Below are positions 41,314 to 51,266 of a stretch of 64,000 nt of DNA, piece by piece; position 1 is the stretch's first letter, and each line of letters begins with the position of its first letter. The notes under the pieces were generated by a model. The model ran no database searches and was not told where the DNA came from. It saw only the letters and a program-made list of their open reading frames with translations. The DNA is from a virus (lineage: Duplodnaviria; Caudoviricetes): positions 64,001 to 128,000 of IMG/VR virus record IMGVR_UViG_2885633469_000002; one strand, written 5' to 3'. A program made the position numbers and the translations under genes.

Positions 41314-42831
41314 ATGAGTAAAACTCCTAAACAAAGATATGTTTTAAATTTAAAGTTAAAAACTCAATTATTTCAAGAAGATATATTAGATAAGCGTTTT
41401 GATATAGGAAGAAAAATATATAATGCTGTTTTAGGTCAAGCTTTAAAGAGATATAGAGAAATGATTAAAACTAAAAGATGGAGAGAAAATCAAAATAATA
41501 TATTAAATGTATACAAAGTTCACAAAGATGGTAAAGAAAGAAATAAACTTTACAAACCATATTTTAATATTAAAAACGATATGTTGAAAGAATTTAGATT
41601 AAATGAATATTCACTTCACGCAGATGTTAAACCAATACAAAGACATTTTAAAAAGAATATAGATAGTTTCAGTGCCCAAAAGATAGCAAGTAGAGTTTGG
41701 ATTTCCTTGAATGATAATTTATTTGGAAAAGGCGAAGAAGTACATTTTAAAGGTATAAACAAACCATTGAATTCCTTGGAAGGTAAATCTAATGGTACTG
41801 GTATTAGATATAATATAGAAACTAATATGTTCTCATGGAATGGGTTAGAAATACCAGTTAAATTAGATATTAATAATAAATATGAAACAGATGCTTTAAG
41901 AGATAAAATTTGTTTTTGTAGAATTAAAAGAAAATTTGTTCGTGGAAAATACAAATACATTTTACAATTAATATTAGAAGGAATTCCTCCTATTAAAATT
42001 AATAAGCAAGGTGAAGTTAAGAATGATATAGGTTTAGGCGTTTGTGGTATTGATATTGGCACTCAAACAGTTGCTTATATATCTGATTATGATTGTAAAT
42101 TATTAGAATTAGTACCTAGAGTTCAAAATATAGAAAATGAAAAAAGAAAAATATTAAGATATATGGATAGAAGTAAAAGAGCAACTAATCCTAATAATTT
42201 TAATGAAAATGGTACTATCAAACGTGGTATTAAATTGGAGTGGAATTATTCAAAGAGGTATATAAAAGCAAAGAATATCCTTAAAGATTTATATAGAAAA
42301 CAAGCAGATGTAAGAGAACAAGACCATAATATAATGATTAATGAAATACTAAGAAATTGTGATACTGTTTATGTAGAAGATATGAACTATAAGGGATTAC
42401 AAAAACGTAGCAAAATCACAGAAAAGAATGATAAGGGTAAGTTTAAAAGAAAGAAACGTTTTGGTAAATCATTAGCAAATAAAGCACCAAGTATGTTTTT
42501 AACTATGTTACAAAATAAATTAAAAGCTAAGGGTGGTTTATATAAAGAGGTAAATACTAGAGAAGTTAAAGCATCTCAATATAATCATTTAAATCAAGAA
42601 TATAATAAAAAGAAATTAAGTCAAAGATGGAATTATTTTAATTATAATGAAGAACAAATTAAAGTTCAGAGAGATATTTATAGTGCATATTTAATAAAAA
42701 ATGTAAATGATGATTTAAAAAGTATAAATAATGAATTATGTATAAAAGATTTTGATAAATTTCTAAAAATGCATAACAAAGAAATATTAAGACTACAAGG
42801 ATTAAGTAATTTAAGTAGTATGGGAATATAA
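41314..42831 (+). CDS. tnpB: Long TnpB RNA-guided nuclease (505 aa, no zinc finger)
   Basis: RuvC motifs GIDIG, VYVEDM and QRD all retain their acidic residues. Confidence 0.9.
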   Translation: MSKTPKQRYVLNLKLKTQLFQEDILDKRFDIGRKIYNAVLGQALKRYREMIKTKRWRENQNNILNVYKVHKDGKERNKLYKPYFNIKNDMLKEFRLNEYSLHADVKPIQRHFKKNIDSFSAQKIASRVWISLNDNLFGKGEEVHFKGINKPLNSLEGKSNGTGIRYNIETNMFSWNGLEIPVKLDINNKYETDALRDKICFCRIKRKFVRGKYKYILQLILEGIPPIKINKQGEVKNDIGLGVCGIDIGTQTVAYISDYDCKLLELVPRVQNIENEKRKILRYMDRSKRATNPNNFNENGTIKRGIKLEWNYSKRYIKAKNILKDLYRKQADVREQDHNIMINEILRNCDTVYVEDMNYKGLQKRSKITEKNDKGKFKRKKRFGKSLANKAPSMFLTMLQNKLKAKGGLYKEVNTREVKASQYNHLNQEYNKKKLSQRWNYFNYNEEQIKVQRDIYSAYLIKNVNDDLKSINNELCIKDFDKFLKMHNKEILRLQGLSNLSSMGI

Positions 42832-43203
42832 AAAACAATAAACGTCTTAAAACGGGCGTTATACTATCGTTAATATGGTCATGGGACTGTTTGATAGTGA
42901 AAGTCTTAGGGAAAATAATTAGTGATATTATACTTTCGAGGTAATATAGAAGTTATTTAGTACCTAAGAACCCCATGCCTTTAGGCTTGGGAGTTTCAGA
43001 GGAAGATTTGCACGACTTGGAAATGAAGGAATATACAAAAGATTGGACTGCTCAAGAATGGGCAGAATATCATATGTCATGCAATAATATAGATTAAGAT
43101 ATAAATAATTATAGGGGTTATAGGGATTATTTTAAATCCTATACAACAGAAAAAGTCCTGTAACTCCTATAATAACAAATAATTTAAAAGGTGGTTATCG
43201 AAT

Positions 43204-43569
43204 ATGAAAAAGTATATAATTAATAACACTAATAATTTAACTTTTCAAACTAGAGACAAAGCGGACGAATATGCAGAGGAAGTTTTAAAATTAAAAAAAT
43301 ATATTATTACTGATAAAGTTAGTAATCAGATATGGGAATATGAACTAACAAAAACAGGATATAAGTACAGAATATCATCTCTTCAAGCAAGTTCAAGTAA
43401 ATACGGCAAATGTAAATGTTGTGGTAAACATGTTAGTGAAGTATTCCTTCAAGATGAAGCAAGATATCTTAAATATGAAGAAAATGAAGAAATTGATAAC
43501 GGATATACCTGTCATAGATGTAATAATTATGTTGGTCATAAAGAATGTTTAGAAGCTAAAAGAAGATAA
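43204..43569 (+). CDS. Hypothetical zinc-binding protein
   Basis: YGKCKCCGKHVSEVF...GHKECL. Confidence 0.6.
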   Translation: MKKYIINNTNNLTFQTRDKADEYAEEVLKLKKYIITDKVSNQIWEYELTKTGYKYRISSLQASSSKYGKCKCCGKHVSEVFLQDEARYLKYEENEEIDNGYTCHRCNNYVGHKECLEAKRR

Positions 43570-43661
43570 TCGTATATAATATAATTTAATAAAAGGTAGG
43601 TTTTATAAAAATGAAATGAAAAGGATGATTTATTATAAAATTTAATACAGAAAAAGAGGCT

Positions 43662-44039
43662 ATGGAATTTGCAGGTGAATCTTATAAAAAACAAGATTGT
43701 ATGACTATTATGAAACATTCACAAAATACAAATAAGTTTCTTAATGAATTTACAAGCAAATACAAAAGACAGATTGGAGAGCCTAACATACAATACGAAA
43801 ACAATCAATATTTTTATGTGGAGTTTGATAAAGAGTCTTGTTTTAATTGTAAAGATTTAATATTAAGTGAAGAAGAAGTAAAATCTAAGCATCCATATCA
43901 ATATTATAATATTCAATATGAAGAAATGCTTAAAGATAGTAATAATTGGGTGTTTGACGAGTATATAACAAAAAAAATGATAAAAAATAGAAATGAGATA
44001 TTTAAGGGCATATGTAAAGTTTTTATGAGAATAGGTTAA
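43662..44039 (+). CDS. Hypothetical protein (start uncertain)
   Basis: 125 aa; frame remains open upstream to about 43629. Confidence 0.5.
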   Translation: MEFAGESYKKQDCMTIMKHSQNTNKFLNEFTSKYKRQIGEPNIQYENNQYFYVEFDKESCFNCKDLILSEEEVKSKHPYQYYNIQYEEMLKDSNNWVFDEYITKKMIKNRNEIFKGICKVFMRIG

Positions 44040-44187
44040 CCAAAATAAAAACATGTATTTTGGTTTCAGTGGGAAATTTATTATATATTTTCTTATTAAT
44101 CTTTTTATGTATTCTTGCATGGGGTTAATATGATGTAATAAATGTCAAATTTTATTAAAAATAATTTTAAAATATAAATAATTACTA

Positions 44188-44216
44188 TTGACTTATATAA
44201 AACAATTTGATAAAAT
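44188..44216 (+). promoter_or_regulatory. SigmaA promoter with operator in its spacer
   Basis: TTGACT-17-TAAAAT; spacer ends TAAAACAATTTGA. Confidence 0.75.
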
Positions 44217-44264
44217 ATAATTAAAGATAAGGACAGAAATTAAATAAAAGGGAGTTGTTGAGAA

Positions 44265-44564
44265 ATGAAAAAATTAATAAATAATTATAAAGAACTTAAA
44301 AAAGGTATTTATCAATTAAAACCTTTAAATAATAAAGGAGAATATGCAAATATAAATACTAATACAGGAATCATTATATATTATAAAAAAGTTACTAATA
44401 TGCCTATGCCTGCGAGTAAAATTACAATTAAGGAATTTGAAAAGGAATTAAATAAAAATAATGCTAAATGGTTATTAAAAGACTATAAAGCATGGCGAGG
44501 GAAATATCCAGAAGCTTATAATAATATGATAGATAAAATTAATCAAGGAGATATTTTACAATAA
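44265..44564 (+). CDS. Hypothetical early protein
   Basis: 99 aa with promoter and RBS. Confidence 0.6.
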   Translation: MKKLINNYKELKKGIYQLKPLNNKGEYANINTNTGIIIYYKKVTNMPMPASKITIKEFEKELNKNNAKWLLKDYKAWRGKYPEAYNNMIDKINQGDILQ

Positions 44565-44576
44565 AAATTTTAGGAG

Positions 44577-44951
44577 GTGTATTTAATGGAGCATTATAAT
44601 ATTAATTTTGAAAAAGCAAAATTAATGAATATATATAAATATTCAAAATATGTAAATAACATAGAAGAATATTTTAAAAATTATAAAAATCAAGATAAGG
44701 AAATTTTAGCAGATTTAGAGTTCGGAAATATTGCTATAGAATTGAATGTTGATAATGTTGACGGTGTAAAATCACTAGATTACTATGTTTGTTCCAAATG
44801 TTCTGAAGACCATTGTAGTAACGGGGGATGGTATAGTGATTATAAGCCATTAGATGATAAAGCGGATTTAGATAATTTAGAAGAAAATATGTATAATTGT
44901 TTAATGAAATATGCAAAAGAAAATAATTTAAAATGGAGCAAGTTAAATTAA
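44577..44951 (+). CDS. Hypothetical protein
   Basis: ORF with AGGAGGTG RBS; likely ATG start at 44586. Confidence 0.55.
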   Translation: MYLMEHYNINFEKAKLMNIYKYSKYVNNIEEYFKNYKNQDKEILADLEFGNIAIELNVDNVDGVKSLDYYVCSKCSEDHCSNGGWYSDYKPLDDKADLDNLEENMYNCLMKYAKENNLKWSKLN

Positions 44952-45010
44952 AAAAGGAATATACAATAACTTCAAAAGCTGAGTAATATCAGCTTTTTTA
45001 TATTATCTTA

Positions 45011-45262
45011 CTTTACTAGAAGGGATTTAAAGGCATTTAGAATATATTATAGTATAATTACACTTATAAAATTAAAACCGTTTAAAACAGGTTAGAACAA
45101 GTTTTGTATTAAAAATAAAAGGTTTTATTAAATTAAAAATAATTTGATAAATTCTATTGACATTGTATATAATATAGTGTAATATAATAAGTGTCAGGAG
45201 GAAATGAAAACTTACATAGTAATTCAAAATAATTTAATAAAAATAAAAGGAGTTGTTCAAAA
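45011..45262 (+). repeat. Second copy of the promoter cassette
   Basis: Homologous to 38420-38676. Confidence 0.75.
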
Positions 45263-45673
45263 ATGAATAAATTAATAGGATGTATAAATAATTCAAGTTG
45301 CAAAGTAATAAAAACTAGGTGGTTCTATTTAGATAACAAAAATAATATATGTAAAGATGTAACTAAAGAATTATTTATAATAATAGATAAATTTAATAAA
45401 AAACAAAGACAAATAAAAGATACTTATCATGTTTTCAATATACCATATGAATATAAGAATGGCTTAACAGAATATAGTCTTGGTTGTGGTTTATCTCATT
45501 ATTTACAAGAGGATTTGTTTGACGAACTTAACAAAGTAGGTAAAAACATATTAACTTTTAATTTAACAGAGTGTAAATTGCAAATGTTGACTAAAAATGA
45601 TATAAATAATATCCTTAACTGTAAAAATAGTTGGGATTTAAATATTGAAGAATCACTAATTGAGAATTTATAA
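45263..45673 (+). CDS. Hypothetical early protein
   Basis: 136 aa with promoter and RBS. Confidence 0.6.
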   Translation: MNKLIGCINNSSCKVIKTRWFYLDNKNNICKDVTKELFIIIDKFNKKQRQIKDTYHVFNIPYEYKNGLTEYSLGCGLSHYLQEDLFDELNKVGKNILTFNLTECKLQMLTKNDINNILNCKNSWDLNIEESLIENL

Positions 45674-45783
45674 AATAAATTAAGTTAAAATATACTAATG
45701 ACTTCTATTTTTACAATACTATTAGAATTATGATAAAATAAATTATATAACAAAGCTAATATTAAAAGGAGATTATAGAGACA

Positions 45784-46014
45784 ATGATAAAAATTGAAGT
45801 TATAAATAAAATAGGTGTAAAGATAGATGAATATATTAATAATACAGGAGCGACAAAGACATGGATTGCTAAACAATTGGGATATAAAACAAGACAGTCA
45901 TTAGATGGAGCTGTAAACTCAACAAATTTAACTATAAAGACTATAGGATTATTTTCAACTTTTCTTAATTGTAAGCCAGAGGAACTATACGAGATAAAGG
46001 TAGTGAAAGAATAG
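45784..46014 (+). CDS. Cro/CI-type HTH regulator
   Basis: TKTWIAKQLG..TRQSL...LNCKPEELY. Confidence 0.75.
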   Translation: MIKIEVINKIGVKIDEYINNTGATKTWIAKQLGYKTRQSLDGAVNSTNLTIKTIGLFSTFLNCKPEELYEIKVVKE

Positions 46015-46176
46015 AAATTTATATTTTAAATAAAGGAAAGATAAATTTTAAAATATAGCAAATTATATATTGACATTCTTAATTAATAGGTGTATTATAA
46101 TATTTGTAAGGTGATTGAAGGAAATTAAGTAAAAAATAAACACCTTGCAAATATTATAATAAAGGATTGATAAATT

Positions 46177-46461
46177 ATGATAAAAAATTTATTAAATGTA
46201 TTAAAAAAGACATCTATGATAAGTTGGGTCACAAATGATGATGTGCCTACTATGTTTAATATTAAAGTTAAAAATACCAACAATGAAATTATTATGATAG
46301 GGAATGTACTCGTACAAGAAGCTACAGCAGAAATGAATATCTTACATAATTACGAATTAAAAATAAATAAAAATAATTTGACTAAATTTAATAAAAGTTT
46401 AGATGATATCTTAACAATATTTTGTAATGATTATAACAAAGAATTAATATTAAATTGTTAA
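46177..46461 (+). CDS. Hypothetical protein, paralog of 48967-49251
   Basis: Shared MIKNLLNVL.KTSMISW.TN.DVPTMFNIK...KFNKSLD. Confidence 0.7.
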   Translation: MIKNLLNVLKKTSMISWVTNDDVPTMFNIKVKNTNNEIIMIGNVLVQEATAEMNILHNYELKINKNNLTKFNKSLDDILTIFCNDYNKELILNC

Positions 46462-46513
46462 TATAAAATAAAAATAATTTAAAAAATATTTATTAATGAG
46501 GAGAGTGTATTAA

Positions 46514-47266
46514 ATGAAAAAAGAACAAATGGAAACAAAATTAATTAATTTTAATGGAGATGAATTGTTAGGCATTAAAACAAAAGAAAATAATATTTAT
46601 TTAGGTGTTAAAAAGGCTTGTTTAGATATTGGATTTAATGAAAGACAATCAAAATATCAAGTCGAAAAATTATCAGATGATTTAGTTTTAAATAAAGGTG
46701 TCCGAAATTTTGTACTACCTTCAAGAGGAGGAAAACAGGAAACTGTATGTTTACACGAAGATTTAGTTACTCTATGGTTAGCTAAAATAACATTAACTCC
46801 AAAAATGCAGAAAGAAAATCCAAGAGTAATAGAAAAGTTAATTAAATATCAATTACAATGTGCAAAAGTTCTTCATGATGCTTTTATGGGTACGGAAGAA
46901 AAGAAGAAAGATTTCTACAATGAAATAGGATTAAAAGGTAAAATAGTAGAACTTCAAGACAATGTACAAGGTTTAACAAATGAATTACATCAAACTAGAG
47001 AAACGTTAGATACTTTAATAGATAACTCTGTAATTAATAGTTATCAAGCACAAAAATTAAATAAATTAGCTAGAAATAGAGTTAAAGAATTATCAGGTGG
47101 AAGTATTCAAACAAAAGAATATAAAAAGAATTCAAGAATGTATTTTAAAAGATTATGGAATAATTTAAATGACACTTTAATGGTAAGTACATATAAAGAT
47201 ATAAATCCAATGGATTATGAAAAAGCTATTCACATAATTGAGTCATGGGAAAATACAGTATATTAA
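46514..47266 (+). CDS. Antirepressor (P22_AR_N-like N-terminus, ORF6C-like C-terminus)
   Basis: INFNGDELLG...GGKQETVCL...LWLAKI...KLIKYQLQCAKVL; C-terminal STYKDI...YEKAI..IESW. Confidence 0.75.
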   Translation: MKKEQMETKLINFNGDELLGIKTKENNIYLGVKKACLDIGFNERQSKYQVEKLSDDLVLNKGVRNFVLPSRGGKQETVCLHEDLVTLWLAKITLTPKMQKENPRVIEKLIKYQLQCAKVLHDAFMGTEEKKKDFYNEIGLKGKIVELQDNVQGLTNELHQTRETLDTLIDNSVINSYQAQKLNKLARNRVKELSGGSIQTKEYKKNSRMYFKRLWNNLNDTLMVSTYKDINPMDYEKAIHIIESWENTVY

Positions 47267-47432
47267 AATATATCAATAAAAAGTTGGGTATAACTAAAAA
47301 TTATATCCAACTATATAAAATAATTCAACAACAAATGAAAGATTACAAAGGGTTTGATTTTAAGTATTTATAATCTTTACTGCTAGAAGATAAAAAAGAT
47401 GTTATAATAAATATAAGAGGAGTTGGGAAAAC

Positions 47433-47780
47433 ATGTATAAAAATGAATATTTGGAAAAAGGCATAGAAAATGCAAAAGGGAATGAATATTTGTTGCGAGG
47501 GTATATTCATACTCAAAATAATAAGTATAATGAATTAGTAATTAATGATTTAGGTTTTATCAGTAATAACATAGATGAATTAAAAAATTTTAAAGATGAG
47601 CTTGTAAAAGCAAATATAAAGAAATTTATATTAACAGAATCAAGTTCAGGACTTATGAGTAATTTGCATTGGTTAGATAAGGTTAGCATAAAAATTAAAG
47701 GTGTGAAGAAAGTTTCATATATAGATAAATGGGAGAAGGAAGAATGTTTCAAAGAAGGGTTAGAAATGATAGTGAAATAA
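47433..47780 (+). CDS. Hypothetical protein
   Basis: 115 aa with RBS. Confidence 0.55.
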   Translation: MYKNEYLEKGIENAKGNEYLLRGYIHTQNNKYNELVINDLGFISNNIDELKNFKDELVKANIKKFILTESSSGLMSNLHWLDKVSIKIKGVKKVSYIDKWEKEECFKEGLEMIVK

Positions 47781-47839
47781 GTATTTATTATCGAAGTATT
47801 GAATAAGTATAAAATATAGATATTAAGGAGTGTTTTATT

Positions 47840-48103
47840 GTGGAAAAATATATAGTATGTGGCAAAAATAAAATACCTACAGATAAAGAATATAAAATAG
47901 GTGATAGATTTATGACTAAAAATTTAACACCTATTAAATGTACAAAAATTGAAGAAATTAATAATGAAATATTATATCATTTCATTACTAATGATGAAAA
48001 TTTTAATATAGATGAAGCGTTAAATATGCCAGAAGACCCAGCAATTGATAAGCTTTTAGACTTTTTGCAAGAAAATTATAAAAACCAATTGAATAATAAA
48101 TAA
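47840..48103 (+). CDS. Hypothetical protein
   Basis: 87 aa with RBS and terminator. Confidence 0.55.
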   Translation: MEKYIVCGKNKIPTDKEYKIGDRFMTKNLTPIKCTKIEEINNEILYHFITNDENFNIDEALNMPEDPAIDKLLDFLQENYKNQLNNK

Positions 48104-48622
48104 AGATATTCTTAAGTAGCTAATTTAAAATTAGCTACTTATTTTTGTTTTTCTACTAGAATGAATCTCACCACACTATTTGCCAAGCTTTAGCTTGTGC
48201 AAAGGTTCAGTAGGGGTATAATAACACCTATAAAATTAAAATCGTTTAAAACAGCTTAGAATAGCATTTTGTGGATACAATAAAAGATTTTCTTTAATAT
48301 AAAATAATTTAATAATTTCTTGACAATATGGATAAAAGTGTTATACTTATAAGTATAGAAAGAAAATACATCAATCAAATTCAATTCAAAAAATCTATTT
48401 TGACACCTGCAAGGATTAAGACACAAAGCAATCAATAAAAAATAATTTATAATTTTAATCAGGTAGATAAATGATAAAAGAATTAAATCTAAAAGCGTAT
48501 TAATCAATACAGAGGTGATAAAATTTGTTTTTTATTATATGTTTTATAATTCTAATAATATATGCATTTAGCTAACTATGTTATAATTATTGTATTATAA
48601 TATTTAATTTTGGAGGATAATT

Positions 48623-48829
48623 ATGGCAGTAAAAAATAGATTAAAAGAAATAATAGATGGCAAAGGTATAAAGCAAGTATGGTTAGCCAAACATGTAGGA
48701 GTTAATAAATCTACTATATCTAATATAATTAATAATAGATATAAAACTACTATTGAACTGGGGTTTAAAATTGCAGATGTTTTAGGGGTAGAATTTACAG
48801 ATATTTTTTATTATGAAAAGGAAGATTAG
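48623..48829 (+). CDS. XRE/Cro-type HTH regulator
   Basis: NRLKEI...GIKQVWLAKHVGVNKSTISNI...KIADVLG..FTDIF. Confidence 0.85.
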   Translation: MAVKNRLKEIIDGKGIKQVWLAKHVGVNKSTISNIINNRYKTTIELGFKIADVLGVEFTDIFYYEKED

Positions 48830-48966
48830 TATTATTATATAATTTTACTAAAATATTCATAAATAAGTATTGACATACGCAACTATAAGGTGTATTATAT
48901 ATTTGTAAGGTAAAACAAACCAATTAATCCAAACCTTGCAAATATTATAATAGGGATGTGTTAAAT

Positions 48967-49251
48967 ATGATAAAAAATTTATTAAATGTATTAAGAAAAA
49001 CTTCTATGATAAGTTGGAACACAAATAATGATGTGCCTACTATGTTTAATATTAAAATTCAGGATAATAATAATGTAATTCTTATTATAGCCGACTTACT
49101 TATACAAGAAGCTACGGGACAAATGGATATAATACATAATTATAAAATTAAAATAGAAAAAGGTGAATTAATTAAATTTAATAAAAGTTTAGATGGTGTC
49201 TTAACATTATTTTATAAAGATTGTAGTAAAAATTTAATCTTAAGCTACTAA
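48967..49251 (+). CDS. Hypothetical protein, paralog of 46177-46461
   Basis: Clear sequence similarity and the same leader architecture. Confidence 0.7.
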   Translation: MIKNLLNVLRKTSMISWNTNNDVPTMFNIKIQDNNNVILIIADLLIQEATGQMDIIHNYKIKIEKGELIKFNKSLDGVLTLFYKDCSKNLILSY

Positions 49252-49704
49252 TATTAAATAAAAATAATTTTAAAAAATAATAATGGTATACGAAAGGTAA
49301 GGGTGATAAAATGTCTGATGTAAAAGAACAATTAAAATGGGATATAGTATGTACTGGAAATGAAGTCGAAATTTCTGATATTCCTATCAAAATTAAAGAA
49401 TTGTATGGTGGTTTTGGTCAAGGTCAAAAAATATTAACAGTACCACAGATTGCAAAACTCCATTGTGACAATCCGAATGATAAAAAAGATATAACTAAAA
49501 AAGTAGCAAGAATAAATGAACTAATTAATAATAATATTATTCTAGATAGTGGAGATAAATATTTTGAAGAATCGCCACGCACTCTCGTGACTTCAGTCAT
49601 GAGTTAGTGGCGACATATGTTAATATAAACTTATAATAAATACACTATAAATACTTGATTTACTAATATACATATGTTATATTATATATAGAGGTGAATA
49701 ACAT

Positions 49705-50109
49705 ATGTCAGAAATGCATAAAGGCAGAGGATACGTATATTCTATAGAATACCATATAGTATGGTGTGTGAAATATAGACATAAAATATTAACTGATGAA
49801 ATAGAAAATAAATTGATAGAAATATTAAATAAAATAGCAAGTGATAATAATTTTAAAATATTAGAAATCAATGGAGATTTAGACCATATACATTTATTAA
49901 TAGAATGTAGTCCTCAGCATTATATTCCGAACCTTATGAGAGCATTAAAAGGTGTTAGTGCTAGATTATTAATGAAAGAATATGGCAATGAATTAAAAAA
50001 GAAACTATGGGGAGGACATTTGTGGAATCCTAGTTATTTCGTAGCTACTGTATCAGAAAATACAGAAGAACAAATAAAACAATATATTCAAAGTCAAAAA
50101 CAAAAATAG
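49705..50109 (+). CDS. tnpA: Y1 HUH transposase
   Basis: YHIVWCVKYR, DHIH, LWGGHLWNPSYFVAT, YIQSQ. Confidence 0.95.
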   Translation: MSEMHKGRGYVYSIEYHIVWCVKYRHKILTDEIENKLIEILNKIASDNNFKILEINGDLDHIHLLIECSPQHYIPNLMRALKGVSARLLMKEYGNELKKKLWGGHLWNPSYFVATVSENTEEQIKQYIQSQKQK

Positions 50110-50129
50110 AAAGGTAGGTGAATTTATCT

Positions 50130-51266
50130 ATGAATACAGTTATAAAAGGTTTCAAATATCGTATATATCCAACTGAAAAACAAGAAATACAATTAAATAA
50201 AACATTTGGATGTGTTAGATTCGTATATAATCAAATACTAGCAAAGAAAATAGATTTATATAAGGAAGATAAAGATAATAAACAACTAAAAAATAAAACA
50301 ACTTGTAATAATTATTGTAATAGAGAACTTAAAAAAGAATATCCTTGGCTTAAAGAAGTAGATAAATTCGCTTTAACTAATTCTATTTACAATTTAGATA
50401 ATGCTTATAAGAAATTTTTCACTGAGCATATTGGATTTCCTAAGTTTAAATCAAAGAAAAATCATTATTATTCTTATATTACTAATTTTACAAATAATAA
50501 TATAAAGGTAGATTTTAATAATAATAAAATTCAATTGCCTAAATTAAAATGGATAAAGGCTAAGTTACACAGGGAATTTAAAGGTAAAATATTATTTGCA
50601 ACAGTATCTAAAACTCCTAGTGGTAAATATTTTGTTAGTTTTAATGTGGAATGTGAACATCAAGAATTAAAACAAAATAATAATAAAATAGCTATGGATT
50701 TAGGTATTAAAGATTTATTAATTACATCAAATGGTACTAAAATAGATAATAAAAAATTAACATATAAATACGAACAAAAGTTAGCAAAACTACAAAGACA
50801 AATTGCTAAAAAGAAAATAGGTAGTCAAAATTGGAAAAAACAAAGAATAAAAATTGCTAGATTACATGAAAAAATAACTAATACTAGAAAAGATAATTTA
50901 CATAAGATTTCTCATAAAATGATTAAGGAAAACCAACTTATATTTAGTGAGAATCTTAATATTAAAGGTATGGTTAAAAATCATAATTTAGCTAAATCAA
51001 TACATGATTGTGGATGGTATGAATTAACAAGACAATTAACTTATAAATCAGAATGGAATGGACGTAAGTATCATAAAGTAGATAGATATTATCCTAGTAG
51101 TCAATTATGTAATGTATGTGGATATAAAAATGAAGATACTAAAAATCTAAATATAAGATTTTGGGAATGTCCACAATGCAATACAAAACATGATAGGGAT
51201 GAAAATGCAAGTATAAATATACTTAATCAAGGATTAAAAGAATTAGAATTAGAAAAAGTTAGTTAA
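50130..51266 (+). CDS. tnpB: TnpB RNA-guided nuclease
   Basis: KYRIYP HTH, AMDLG, SENL, CNVC/CPQC zinc finger, HDRDENA. Confidence 0.95.
   Translation: MNTVIKGFKYRIYPTEKQEIQLNKTFGCVRFVYNQILAKKIDLYKEDKDNKQLKNKTTCNNYCNRELKKEYPWLKEVDKFALTNSIYNLDNAYKKFFTEHIGFPKFKSKKNHYYSYITNFTNNNIKVDFNNNKIQLPKLKWIKAKLHREFKGKILFATVSKTPSGKYFVSFNVECEHQELKQNNNKIAMDLGIKDLLITSNGTKIDNKKLTYKYEQKLAKLQRQIAKKKIGSQNWKKQRIKIARLHEKITNTRKDNLHKISHKMIKENQLIFSENLNIKGMVKNHNLAKSIHDCGWYELTRQLTYKSEWNGRKYHKVDRYYPSSQLCNVCGYKNEDTKNLNIRFWECPQCNTKHDRDENASINILNQGLKELELEKVS

Larger units (their letters stand above)
40769..42999 (+). mobile_element. IS200/IS605 element, copy 1 (TTAC target)
   Basis: TTTAC then left end with AAAG guide and hairpin; right end with GAAC guide, hairpin and terminal TCAG, fitting IS608 guide-pairing rules; no target duplication. 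Confidence 0.9.
40564..43097 (+). pseudogene. Hypothetical gene split by IS copy 1 (40564-40768 + 43000-43097)
   Basis: Removing the IS restores ...LDDLQEDLHDLEMKEYTKDWTAQEWAEYHMSCNNID*. Confidence 0.7.

Noticed and set aside
41314-42831. Long TnpB as a Cas12 effector with a CRISPR array
   Set aside because: Bounded by IS ends and paired with tnpA; no repeat-spacer array seen in the window
43611-43661. ATG AAA TGA AAA GGA TGA in frame with ORF 43662, suggesting TGA=Trp recoding
   Set aside because: TGA ends other genes (3166, 57677), the Trp codons checked are TGG, and AAGGATGA is better read as an RBS
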